Assembly (NCBI GenBank): GCA_965248535.1 | Contig: CBDFJR010000005.1 | Location: 1,504,001 to 1,568,000 of the forward strand | Length of the DNA stretch: 64,000 bases | Direction: 5' to 3' | Origin: Phormidesmis sp. | GTDB lineage: Bacteria; Cyanobacteriota; Cyanobacteriia; Leptolyngbyales; Leptolyngbyaceae | Translations under genes and position numbers: made by a program | Notes under the pieces: generated by a model | Databases searched by the model: none | What the model saw: only the letters and a program-made list of their open reading frames with translations | Told to the model about the DNA's origin: nothing | In this document: positions 8,605-19,010 of the stretch, piece by piece | Position numbering within the stretch: position 1 is the first letter of the stretch | Layout: every line of letters starts with the position of its first letter

Positions 8605-11600
8605 GTTTCAAAGTCTCCCACTCGTGGGAATTTTGAACCCGATCGAAGAGAAGCTAATCAAAGAGAAAGAGGTGCATTTCAATCCCTGGAAGGGATTTGG
8701 GGGTTTTGGAACTTTGTTCCGATACCTGAAAAGGTTCAGCAAGTGTGATTTCAATCCCTGGAAGGGATTTGGGGGTTTTGGAACTGACTGGCTGGAACAC
8801 GGAGTAACGCTTTCACCGATCGTTTCAATCCCTGGAAGGGATTTGGGGGTTTTGGAACATACAAGCTCCATGGCTGTCAGGAAGGCGGAGACAAGCTCCC
8901 CGTTTCAATCCCTGGAAGGGATTTGGGGGTTTTGGAACGGATCATCACAAGTAGTCCAGTGAGCGGCTGTGAGTTTCAATCCCTGGAAGGGATTTGGGGG
9001 TTTTGGAACGCAGTGAAGCTGCGGTAAATCCAGAAATGCCTTGTTTCAATCCCTGGAAGGGATTTGGGGGTTTTGGAACGGTGCCACTTTTCAGAAAACC
9101 AAAGCTAATGCTCAGTTGGGCAAGTTTCAATCCCTGGAAGGGATTTGGGGGTTTTGGAACTCGCGCTGCCGGAACTTGCCCACTATCGCAGCCTGAGTTT
9201 CAATCCCTGGAAGGGATTTGGGGGTTTTGGAACAGCCGATCGTCCAACGACAAATCTATAAGGTTTTCCGTTTCAATCCCTGGAAGGGATTTGGGGGTTT
9301 TGGAACCGATCGCCAGCTTGCCGATGCTGCATATTGAACCCGTTTCAATCCCTGGAAGGGATTTGGGGGTTTTGGAACTGATGAAGCGTTGCACCTGCAA
9401 ACCCAGCGAGGTTGGAAAGGTTTCAATCCCTGGAAGGGATTTGGGGGTTTTGGAACTGCCTGACAGTTTCAGACGATACACAATCTCTTACGTTTCAATC
9501 CCTGGAAGGGATTTGGGGGTTTTGGAACAAATAAAGCTAATCACAACCTGATAGACGTTCTCTAGTTTCAATCCCTGGAAGGGATTTGGGGGTTTTGGAA
9601 GCTTATAGTTTCATCTGCCTACGCACCAAACTTAGTTTCAATCCCTGGAAGGGATTTGGGGGTTTTGGAACTGTGATGCCTATCCGAGCGAGGGCACGCG
9701 GGAATGGTTTCAATCCCTGGAAGGGATTTGGGGGTTTTGGAACGCAATGCTCATCGCCCAGGGGTTTCTCACTGGCGGTTTCAATCCCTGGAAGGGATTT
9801 GGGGGTTTTGGAACATCCAGATACCTTTATCCGGTACTTGATTACTATATGTTTCAATCCCTGGAAGGGATTTGGGGGTTTTGGAACATAGACGATTATT
9901 TTGTGTAAGTACCGTTAAGGGTTTCAATCCCTGGAAGGGATTTGGGGGTTTTGGAACAATTTAGCTTTAAGAAGTCCGCCCGGTTGCACCTCGTTTCAAT
10001 CCCTGGAAGGGATTTGGGGGTTTTGGAACTCAACCGTTCGACCGAAACGCGGCCTGTAGCTGGTTTCAATCCCTGGAAGGGATTTGGGGGTTTTGGAACT
10101 CCATGCTGCTGCTCTCCGTTTTCTGGCCATGTTGGTTTCAATCCCTGGAAGGGATTTGGGGGTTTTGGAACGGGTGAGAATTGTTTGCTTCAGTCCAGTC
10201 AATCCAGGTTTCAATCCCTGGAAGGGATTTGGGGGTTTTGGAACGATATTCGCTACGCCAGAGCGATCGACCTGCAAGGTTTCAATCCCTGGAAGGGATT
10301 TGGGGGTTTTGGAACACCAGAGCGACGAAGTGAAGCCACGATCGCAGATGTTTCAATCCCTGGAAGGGATTTGGGGGTTTTGGAACGTCATAAAAAAGCA
10401 GTCACAGAAGAACCCGCCGATCGGTTTCAATCCCTGGAAGGGATTTGGGGGTTTTGGAACGTGCCCAGTTATGGCGATGGAGCCAGCACAAAAGAAGTTT
10501 CAATCCCTGGAAGGGATTTGGGGGTTTTGGAACAGTTAAGCGGGGATTCTACAGCCTTAGTTTGTCTGGTTTCAATCCCTGGAAGGGATTTGGGGGTTTT
10601 GGAACGCCCGATTGATCTCCCCGATCGCTCTGACAATCTCGATCGGTTTCAATCCCTGGAAGGGATTTGGGGGTTTTGGAACATGAGTGTTTACATTGCA
10701 CTCATGGAAAAACGACTAGGCTAGTTTCAATCCCTTCCAGGGATTTGGGGGTTTTGGAACGAAATATCAGGTAAAGTATTTCTCGATAAACCTTTGTTTC
10801 AATCCCTGGAAGGGATTTGGGGGTTTTGGAACATCTGTAGAGATTCCCGTGCATAGAGAGGAAGGAATGTTTCAATCCCTGGAAGGGATTTGGGGGTTTT
10901 GGAACGTTTATACTAGTACTGAATTTAGTAGGTAGATTCTGTTTCAATCCCTGGAAGGGATTTGGGGGTTTTGGAACCTATTAGGTTTTTGGGGCGTGTC
11001 GACTTTGGAGATGTTTCAATCCCTGGAAGGGATTTGGGGGTTTTGGAACGCTTCAGATCATAGGGTATGTGTTACCCTAACCCCGTTTCAATCCCTGGAA
11101 GGGATTTGGGGGTTTTGGAACTATAATACAAACCTACTAATACAAACCTACTAATACAGTTTCAATCCCTGGAAGGGATTTGGGGGTTTTGGAACCAAGA
11201 TAGTTATCAAGCTATCGTAAGGTCAGATAATGTTTCAATCCCTGGAAGGGATTTGGGGGTTTTGGAACTTAGAGGCTAGCCACTCTCCTATTACATACAG
11301 TCCGTTTCAATCCCTGGAAGGGATTTGGGGGTTTTGGAACTTACTACTACAAAACTAAGTACACTAACTACCTATTGTTTCAATCCCTGGAAGGGATTTG
11401 GGGGTTTTGGAACGCCCGCAGTATTCTGGGGAGGGGTGGCTAAAAAAGGTTTCAATCCCTGGAAGGGATTTGGGGGTTTTGGAACCCGGGGTTAAGGGCC
11501 GACAATGCGTTTTAGTTAAAGTTTCAATCCCTGGAAGGGATTTGGGGGTTTTGGAACAGTTTCTAACCATGTCTAATTATCTATCTTCATCTGGTTTCAA

Positions 11601-14600
11601 TCCCTGGAAGGGATTTGGGGGTTTTGGAACAATCTAGGAATTAAGAGATAGAGATAGAGATATCGTGTTTCAATCCCTGGAAGGGATTTGGGGGTTTTGG
11701 AACGCATTCTATCGTTGAGACCTTTACGGCAACTTCACAAGTTTCAATCCCTGGAAGGGATTTGGGGGTTTTGGAACCAGAGAGCCGCAAAGCGGAGCAA
11801 GTCGGGGTAGGGCATATCCACGTTTCAATCCCTGGAAGGGATTTGGGGGTTTTGGAACCCATGAGTGTCATCGTTCGTGGGGTTGATCAAAATGTTTCAA
11901 TCCCTGGAAGGGATTTGGGGGTTTTGGAACTGGATTGTCATCGCAATTAGCGGCGTAATCGGGCTGTTTCAATCCCTGGAAGGGATTTGGGGGTTTTGGA
12001 ACACTGCGGCGCGGATTTCCGTGGATTCAATTAACCGTTTCAATCCCTGGAAGGGATTTGGGGGTTTTGGAACGGCAAGGACTCGATCGGGTGGCACGCT
12101 GACAAACGTTTCAATCCCTGGAAGGGATTTGGGGGTTTTGGAACTCTCGCCAAATGGTCTGGTAGTCATGCCAGATGCCGTTTCAATCCCTGGAAGGGAT
12201 TTGGGGGTTTTGGAACCACCGCAAAACTCAGACAGCGCGGGCTGATTCAAGTTTCAATCCCTGGAAGGGATTTGGGGGTTTTGGAACCGTGTTGCCTCTG
12301 CCATTCAGGTCAGCGGTGGTCAGTTTCAATCCCTGGAAGGGATTTGGGGGTTTTGGAACCCTTCCTATTTCTGGCTTCTGCATCAGTTCTACAGTTTCAA
12401 TCCCTGGAAGGGATTTGGGGGTTTTGGAACCTATGGGCAGAGCAGATGATGGGCGCGATCGAGGGGTTTCAATCCCTGGAAGGGATTTGGGGGTTTTGGA
12501 ACCAGTTCCACGATCGCTTTCTCAACCCATCTTAAAAGTTTCAATCCCTGGAAGGGATTTGGGGGTTTTGGAACCGAACAAACTCGCGGTGCGCGTCAAC
12601 TAACGCCGCCGGTTTCAATCCCTGGAAGGGATTTGGGGGTTTTGGAACTATTCGTCGGGCATCAATGAAGAGAGACTCCTCTCGTTTCAATCCCTGGAAG
12701 GGATTTGGGGGTTTTGGAACGCAACTTCAACAATTGGGCAAAAATCAAGCCGCTGGGTTTCAATCCCTGGAAGGGATTTGGGGGTTTTGGAACCTCGCCC
12801 ATGCCCGTCTGGTCGATTGCCATCCGCACGTTTCAATCCCTGGAAGGGATTTGGGGGTTTTGGAACGCTTAAAGAAGAGATTGCTGCACAGGCACTGGCG
12901 GGTTTCAATCCCTGGAAGGGATTTGGGGGTTTTGGAACATCCGCATCCTCAATACACCACTGAGGCAGAGGTAGTTTCAATCCCTGGAAGGGATTTGGGG
13001 GTTTTGGAACATTCAAGATAGTATCGGCGGCGTTCAGCAGGCGCTTGTTTCAATCCCTGGAAGGGATTTGGGGGTTTTGGAACTTTATATCATTCTCCTG
13101 ATGAGCTAGGTTTTCAATCGTTTCAATCCCTGGAAGGGATTTGGGGGTTTTGGAACCTGCACATCGCACTCAATCCGCGCTCAATCAAGCGTTCGTTTCA
13201 ATCCCTGGAAGGGATTTGGGGGTTTTGGAACTCTCGGTCTCTTTCTGAGCGTCAATCTTCTCCTGTTCGTTTCAATCCCTGGAAGGGATTTGGGGGTTTT
13301 GGAACGTTTTGGCGGGTGACATCGGTGGAACCTTGAGCGCGTTTCAATCCCTGGAAGGGATTTGGGGGTTTTGGAACCTGACGACCCGTAGCAGTCTTCT
13401 TCTGCGCTTCGACGTTTCAATCCCTGGAAGGGATTTGGGGGTTTTGGAACGTCCACTTGTGCAGATGGGCGACTCTGCGATTCACTGGGGGAATGTTTCA
13501 ATCCCTGGAAGGGATTTGGGGGTTTTGGAACTCACCTTCGCCTACTGCTCTCCTGAGCTATGGCGATCGTGGGTTTCAATCCCTGGAAGGGATTTGGGGG
13601 TTTTGGAACCTACCACTCGATAGGGATTGAAACTGTTATACTTTGTTTCAATCCCTGGAAGGGATTTGGGGGTTTTGGAACATCATGACTAATGTAGTCA
13701 CGCAGTTCGCTTCCGTTTCAATCCCTGGAAGGGATTTGGGGGTTTTGGAACAAACTCATCACCTTGTTCGCCTGTCTCAATCTCGGTTTCAATCCCTGGA
13801 AGGGATTTGGGGGTTTTGGAACCAGGGGAGATCGCCTTCAGTGAAACCGAGAAGCCGGTTTCAATCCCTGGAAGGGATTTGGGGGTTTTGGAACGACTGC
13901 GACTATCCCGGCGAAGTTACACCACTTCCAGAAGATCGAGTTTCAATCCCTGGAAGGGATTTGGGGGTTTTGGAACAAGCCGATTCTCGAAGGAATGCTA
14001 CAGGTTGTCATCGTTTCAATCCCTGGAAGGGATTTGGGGGTTTTGGAACCTTTCTGCGTTGCGCTGAGGGAGGGGCTTTCCCGCCGTTTCAATCCCTGGA
14101 AGGGATTTGGGGGTTTTGGAACCGGCTGCTCACGGTTGCAAATCCATCGACCAAGGACGTTTCAATCCCTGGAAGGGATTTGGGGGTTTTGGAACGTGTC
14201 CTTCCCCGCAGGGTTTCCCCTTGCGGTCAAGTTTCAATCCCTGGAAGGGATTTGGGGGTTTTGGAACAAAAATCACTAGCTGTACTGTCCTCCTCTAGCA
14301 AAGTTTCAATCCCTGGAAGGGATTTGGGGGTTTTGGAACAGGAGGCTAATCCTTCACCTTGATTGAGAGGCGTTGTTTCAATCCCTGGAAGGGATTTGGG
14401 GGTTTTGGAACCGCCTGTTGACTTTTTGAACTCACTCACGGAAGCCGGTTTCAATCCCTGGAAGGGATTTGGGGGTTTTGGAACCTGTTAAGTCAATCCC
14501 GATTGCTCTCCCCCCAAGTTACCGTTTCAATCCCTGGAAGGGATTTGGGGGTTTTGGAACCTTGGGCGATTTGATCGGTTGGGAGGGTTTGGAGATTCAT

Positions 14601-15318
14601 GTTTCAATCCCTGGAAGGGATTTGGGGGTTTTGGAACCTGTCGAGCAGCTTCTGAGCAGCAGTACCGGAAGCGGGGAAGTTTCAATCCCTGGAAGGGATT
14701 TGGGGGTTTTGGAATCTGTTCAGTGTTCCACGCTGCCGATATTCAAGTTTCAATCCCTGGAAGGGATTTGGGGGTTTTGGAACAGCCTATAAACTCTGAG
14801 CAAGTTGCGCGACTGGTGGGTTTCAATCCCTGGAAGGGATTTGGGGGTTTTGGAACACTGATGCCGCCAATGATCGCGTGTAAGCATGGTTGTAAAATCA
14901 GTTTCAATCCCTGGAAGGGATTTGGGGGTTTTGGAACCTGACCAGCCTGTCACAAATCAGGAGTCTTTAAAGGTTTCAATCCCTGGAAGGGATTTGGGGG
15001 TTTTGGAACGCTCCAGCCTCTGACGGTCTAATGTCTTGTTCAGCTTTTGGTTGTTTCAATCCCTGGAAGGGATTTGGGGGTTTTGGAACTCAGCAACTAT
15101 TGAAATTCAATTGATACAATCTTATCAAGTTTCAATCCCTGGAAGGGATTTGGGGGTTTTGGAACTAAAAATATACTCCATCATAAGCCTTGATTCAGTT
15201 TCGTTTCAATCCCTGGAAGGGATTTGGGGGTTTTGGAACTGAAATGAAGACCTTGCCAAAGCTGACACAGCCTGTTTTAGAGTTTCAATCCCTGGAAGGG
15301 ATTTGGGGGTTTTGGAAC
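8605..15318 (-). CRISPR. Type I-D CRISPR array, about 91 repeats of 37 bp plus one divergent terminal repeat
   Basis: Repeat GTTTCAATCCCTGGAAGGGATTTGGGGGTTTTGGAAC on + from 8676 to 15318, spacers ~31-45 nt. Minus-strand repeat ends in ATTGAAAC, the leader is next to cas2 and degeneration is at the low-coordinate end. Confidence 0.98.
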
Positions 15319-15569
15319 TTGCGGGAGCCTGTAACCCTGACTGAATTTAGTTTTCAAGGTACAGTTGCGCGGACTATCGAAATTATACCATCGTGAACCC
15401 TGACGCACGAATAAACTCTCCATAACCATTACATCAAAATCCATACCTGCTTTGCACCTGGGAGACTGCGCGGATCGCCTCACCGCCATAAAACCCACCT
15501 AACCCTTATACAGTCATCACCTCAGCCCCTAAAATAGCCCATTTGCCTCAACATCTACCCCTCCGCGCA
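15319..15569 (-). promoter_or_regulatory. CRISPR leader
   Basis: Non-coding 251 bp between first repeat and cas2 stop; CCTTGAAAAC motif, three TCCGCGCA motifs and a TATAAT box on the minus strand (~15383-15388). Confidence 0.85.
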
Positions 15570-15842
15570 TTAGACAAAGAAAATCGACTCATCGCGCACC
15601 TGCACCCCGCCAATCCGCTCTACCTTCGCCTGACAGCACGCACAGAGAAAATAGAATCGCACACTATCTTGCTCTGGCTTGATCATCTTGCTCAATCTAG
15701 CTCTTAGCTTGGCATATTCAGCATCCGTCAAATTGCACTCAAATAAACTAAACTGCATCCACTGCCCATAAGACTTCAAAGCCTTGTGAATCTTGGTGCG
15801 GCGTTTGTCTTCTGGAATATCGTAAGCGATCAGAACGTGCAT
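15570..15842 (-). CDS. cas2: Cas2
   Basis: LIAYDI..QFSLFEC..DSVRFY. Confidence 0.96.
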   Translation of the reverse strand: MHVLIAYDIPEDKRRTKIHKALKSYGQWMQFSLFECNLTDAEYAKLRARLSKMIKPEQDSVRFYFLCACCQAKVERIGGVQVRDESIFFV

Positions 15843-15871
15843 GAATGTTGGTCTATCAATAGGGCAGCAAA

Positions 15872-16876
15872 CTACTTGAGAATAAGCGGCGGATATTGGT
15901 CTGTCTCACCCATCAGATATTTCCCCAGCAATCGCGCTTGGATTTCAAATGCCTCCTGATAACTGCACTTTCGACCCATCACTGGATGTTTAAACTCCGA
16001 TTGTTTCTTCTGCTCATAAGCCCGCAAAAACGATCGCCGCCCTTCATCTGACAGCGACACGGCCCCACTCAATGGCTCTGTTGTGAAATCATCGGGCGTT
16101 AAGACTCGGCGATTGATCACCGACAGCACCATTGCATCGACTACGATCGGGCGAAACTCTTCCATCAAATCAAGTGCCAACGACGGTCGCCCATAGCGTT
16201 CGACGTGCAGATAGCCCAAATAGGGGTCAAAGCCCACAATATTCACTGCACTCTGCACATCATTAGCCAGCAGTGAATACCCAAAACTCAGCAGGGCATT
16301 CACAGGATCGGTCGGGGGGCGGCGATTGCGAGTCTCAAACCGAAACTCTTTGACTCGAATCAGGTGAGCAAAACTACCAAAATAAGCGGCGCTCCCGGCT
16401 CCTTCTAACCCCCGCAGCGAGTCAATCTTTTCAGTGGTGTTGATGGGCGCGATCGCTTGTTCGAGTTTGGCGATCGCCGCCTGCAAATCCAATCCCTGAT
16501 TTTCTCGTTGAGCACGCAGCAAACTATGGCGATAGTTTTTTAGCTTGCCCCGAATGAAGCCCCGCACGACGTGCACCGCCTGTGCCGATTCTCCGCTAGC
16601 TTTCCACTGCGCCGATCGCACAAAAATATTCTTTGTCAATGGTGGCTCTAATCGCCCCAAATAGCGACCTGTGCCCGTCAAAAAACTGAGGGGAATTTTG
16701 CGCTCCAATAGCTCGATCATCGCTGCCGGAGAAATGGTGGCCCGTCCCAACACCACCACGCCATCGACTTTAATCATTGGCACATCTAGCAGCGTTTTCT
16801 TTTGTGCTTTCACCTGCAATCGTTCATCGGTTTTACCAATAAACGCATCGTCTTGAGTAATGTAAACCGTTCCCAT
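15872..16876 (-). CDS. cas1: Cas1 (I-D)
   Basis: LRGLEG, RRPPTDPVNALLSFGY, LALDLMEEFRP. Confidence 0.97.
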   Translation of the reverse strand: MGTVYITQDDAFIGKTDERLQVKAQKKTLLDVPMIKVDGVVVLGRATISPAAMIELLERKIPLSFLTGTGRYLGRLEPPLTKNIFVRSAQWKASGESAQAVHVVRGFIRGKLKNYRHSLLRAQRENQGLDLQAAIAKLEQAIAPINTTEKIDSLRGLEGAGSAAYFGSFAHLIRVKEFRFETRNRRPPTDPVNALLSFGYSLLANDVQSAVNIVGFDPYLGYLHVERYGRPSLALDLMEEFRPIVVDAMVLSVINRRVLTPDDFTTEPLSGAVSLSDEGRRSFLRAYEQKKQSEFKHPVMGRKCSYQEAFEIQARLLGKYLMGETDQYPPLILK

Positions 16877-16900
16877 TGTTTTAAATTTTATTTAGGTAAT

Positions 16901-17491
16901 TTACGCTTCTTGATATCGACTCACTTTTGCGGCTGCTTTTGGTAAGCACTGCCGATGCAAGCTGCATCCCTCACAGCGTTTTGTGTAGACAGCAGCAGGC
17001 ATTGCTCCGGTGACTAAAAGAGTTCTGACTGATTGAATGGTCTCGATCGTCGCCGCCCTCAACGCTGCCGAAATCTCTACTAACTGCCGTTGGTGAGACT
17101 GAGCATAGTAGATATAGCCTTGAGTCACAGGCTTTCCCGTCATATCTTCTAAACAGAGCGCTTGGGCACAGACTTGCAGTTCATCATTGTCAAACTCACC
17201 GCGATGGCTGCGCTTATATTCAACTGGAACCCACTGTCCATTGCTCTCTTCGACTAGATCCGCTTTGCCGATTAACCCATAGCGATCGGACTTCAACCAA
17301 ATCGCCCGCAGTTGCCAAACCTCTTCTCGGTGTCCGTCGCCTAAAGTGTGCACCCGATCGTGAAGCTGAGTGCCCTCGATCGTGTATTGGTTGTCAGTAA
17401 ACTCCCCGGCACAAACCATCCGCCAACAGCGATGGGGACAATAGCTGTATTGATTGAGAGCCGCGATCGTCACATATTCAACGGTTTCCAC
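16901..17491 (-). CDS. cas4: Cas4
   Basis: YCPHRC, GKADLVE, VEYK, QVCAQALCLE, C-terminal CxxCSLxxxC. Confidence 0.96.
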   Translation of the reverse strand: METVEYVTIAALNQYSYCPHRCWRMVCAGEFTDNQYTIEGTQLHDRVHTLGDGHREEVWQLRAIWLKSDRYGLIGKADLVEESNGQWVPVEYKRSHRGEFDNDELQVCAQALCLEDMTGKPVTQGYIYYAQSHQRQLVEISAALRAATIETIQSVRTLLVTGAMPAAVYTKRCEGCSLHRQCLPKAAAKVSRYQEA

Positions 17492-18302
17492 GCGCTACCC
17501 TCCTGATCATGCCCATGCCCATCGGAGTCTTGCGTCCAATGCCGCTATAGAGTGCAAAATCTGCCAGCGCATTAATCTGTTTGATCATCACTGGCTCAAC
17601 ATTTCCTAAAATGCGAAAGTTAATTGCTCCGACACACCCAATAAACTTGCTGCGACTGTCAGCTACAATCTCAGTGCGAATATTAAAAAAGCTAGGAAAA
17701 ATACACTCCACTAACGCTTCAGAAAACGTGAAGCCACTGTGCTGATTCCAACGCCGCAACAGACTGTTAAACACTAAATCTCGCGTCGGCAAAGCAGAGT
17801 CAAACTGCATCTGTCGAAAAGCAGTCGGAGTGCAAAACACAAAATCAAGCTGGCGATCGCTCTCTGATGCCTGCTCATAAAGTTGATCGTAGGTGGCAAA
17901 ACTTGCCCAAGGCTGCCCACTTTGGGGCGTGCCTAAAATGCTCGTAATCGATAAATCTGCGGCACCCAAATGCCAAGGCTGACTGGGGTTAAGATTTAAC
18001 CAAAGCTGAGTCAATTGGGAGAATAAGCGATCGTCCAACAGCGAAACTCGCCACCAGCAGGGTGTTCCGGCAGCGATCGCCTGTGAATGTTCCCATTGCA
18101 GAGTGTGCGATTTTTGAGAACGGCTTTGTAATGGACTCAGCGTAAACGCCTTATCCGTAGTCTGAGCATGAAGCTGATCGCCCAGTTTTTGATCTACGGA
18201 ACTGACCAACGTTAGAAACAGTGCATGGAGATGTTTGCCCGTCAGATACCCCGATGAAATCGGCGATCGAGGCAGCAGATTGAGAATTAAACTGTGCGGC
18301 AT
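17478..18302 (-). CDS. cas6: Cas6 endoribonuclease
   Basis: FCTPTAFRQ and C-terminal Gly loop GIGRKTPMGMG. Confidence 0.95.
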   Translation of the reverse strand: MPHSLILNLLPRSPISSGYLTGKHLHALFLTLVSSVDQKLGDQLHAQTTDKAFTLSPLQSRSQKSHTLQWEHSQAIAAGTPCWWRVSLLDDRLFSQLTQLWLNLNPSQPWHLGAADLSITSILGTPQSGQPWASFATYDQLYEQASESDRQLDFVFCTPTAFRQMQFDSALPTRDLVFNSLLRRWNQHSGFTFSEALVECIFPSFFNIRTEIVADSRSKFIGCVGAINFRILGNVEPVMIKQINALADFALYSGIGRKTPMGMGMIRRVARGNR

Positions 18303-18304
18303 TG

Positions 18305-19005
18305 CTAGGTAAATCGATAGTGCATCTGAGCCGGAATTTTGAGCTTACTGTCTTCAAAGCTGTAGTATTCACCTTGAATCCGAACGTTGCGAATCAAGCT
18401 TACAGGAGGCATATTCACCGTGTCGTAGCTGAGAACCTGATGAGTAAACATCACATCCAGCGGATTGAGGGGATAAGGAAAAATAAAATCACCCCGCGAT
18501 CGCTTTGGCTTTAGCAACTCCTCCACCCTCACTTCTGCCTTACTCATCCACTTACCCAACCGAATCCATTGAGGAAGTTTGAGCGGTTTATCAGACAAAA
18601 TAAAACACTCAAACTGACTCTCAGGCGCAATCTCCTTGGCTCTACCAAAACTTGGAATGTTCTTCTGAGTTTTTTCCATCTCAACATGATAGTTGTTGTT
18701 AGCATACTTCCAAGTGTTGAGAACGGCAGCGTGATTGAGCGATCGGGCAGGCGTGACATAGATTCCCTGCTGGTTGAGCGGCGTTAAATGCTCGGCATAT
18801 TTAGGAATCTGCTCAGGGCAGAAGTAGCGATAAGAATGCTCTTCGGCAACAGTTGTGGAGTAGCGATCGCTATCGACAAACCCAGCGCATAACACAGGGC
18901 ATAGTTGTGCAAAATGGGTTCGGTTTCATAGAGTCGCCCAATTTCACGAGTCGCATAGTAGAGGCTGTCGTGAAGCTCGATCGTGCAGCGATAAAGATGA
19001 GTCAT
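18305..19005 (-). pseudogene. cas5d: Cas5d/Csc1, frameshifted near 18876-18881
   Basis: N-terminus MTHLYRCTIELHDSLYYATRE..HNYALCYALG (ORF 18784-19005) continues as VDSDRYS..RLGKWMSKAE in another frame (ORF 18305-18895); one base short at GGTTTGTCGAT. Confidence 0.88.
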
Positions 19006-19010
19006 CAGCT

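Noticed and set aside
14196..14230. Hairpin spacer ending in TCAA resembling an IS605 end
   Set aside because: No real match to either element in this window
8585..15498. Numerous ORFs across the CRISPR array
   Set aside because: They are translations of the repeat (VSIPGRDLGVLE, FNPWKGFGGFGT, FQSLEGIWGFWN)
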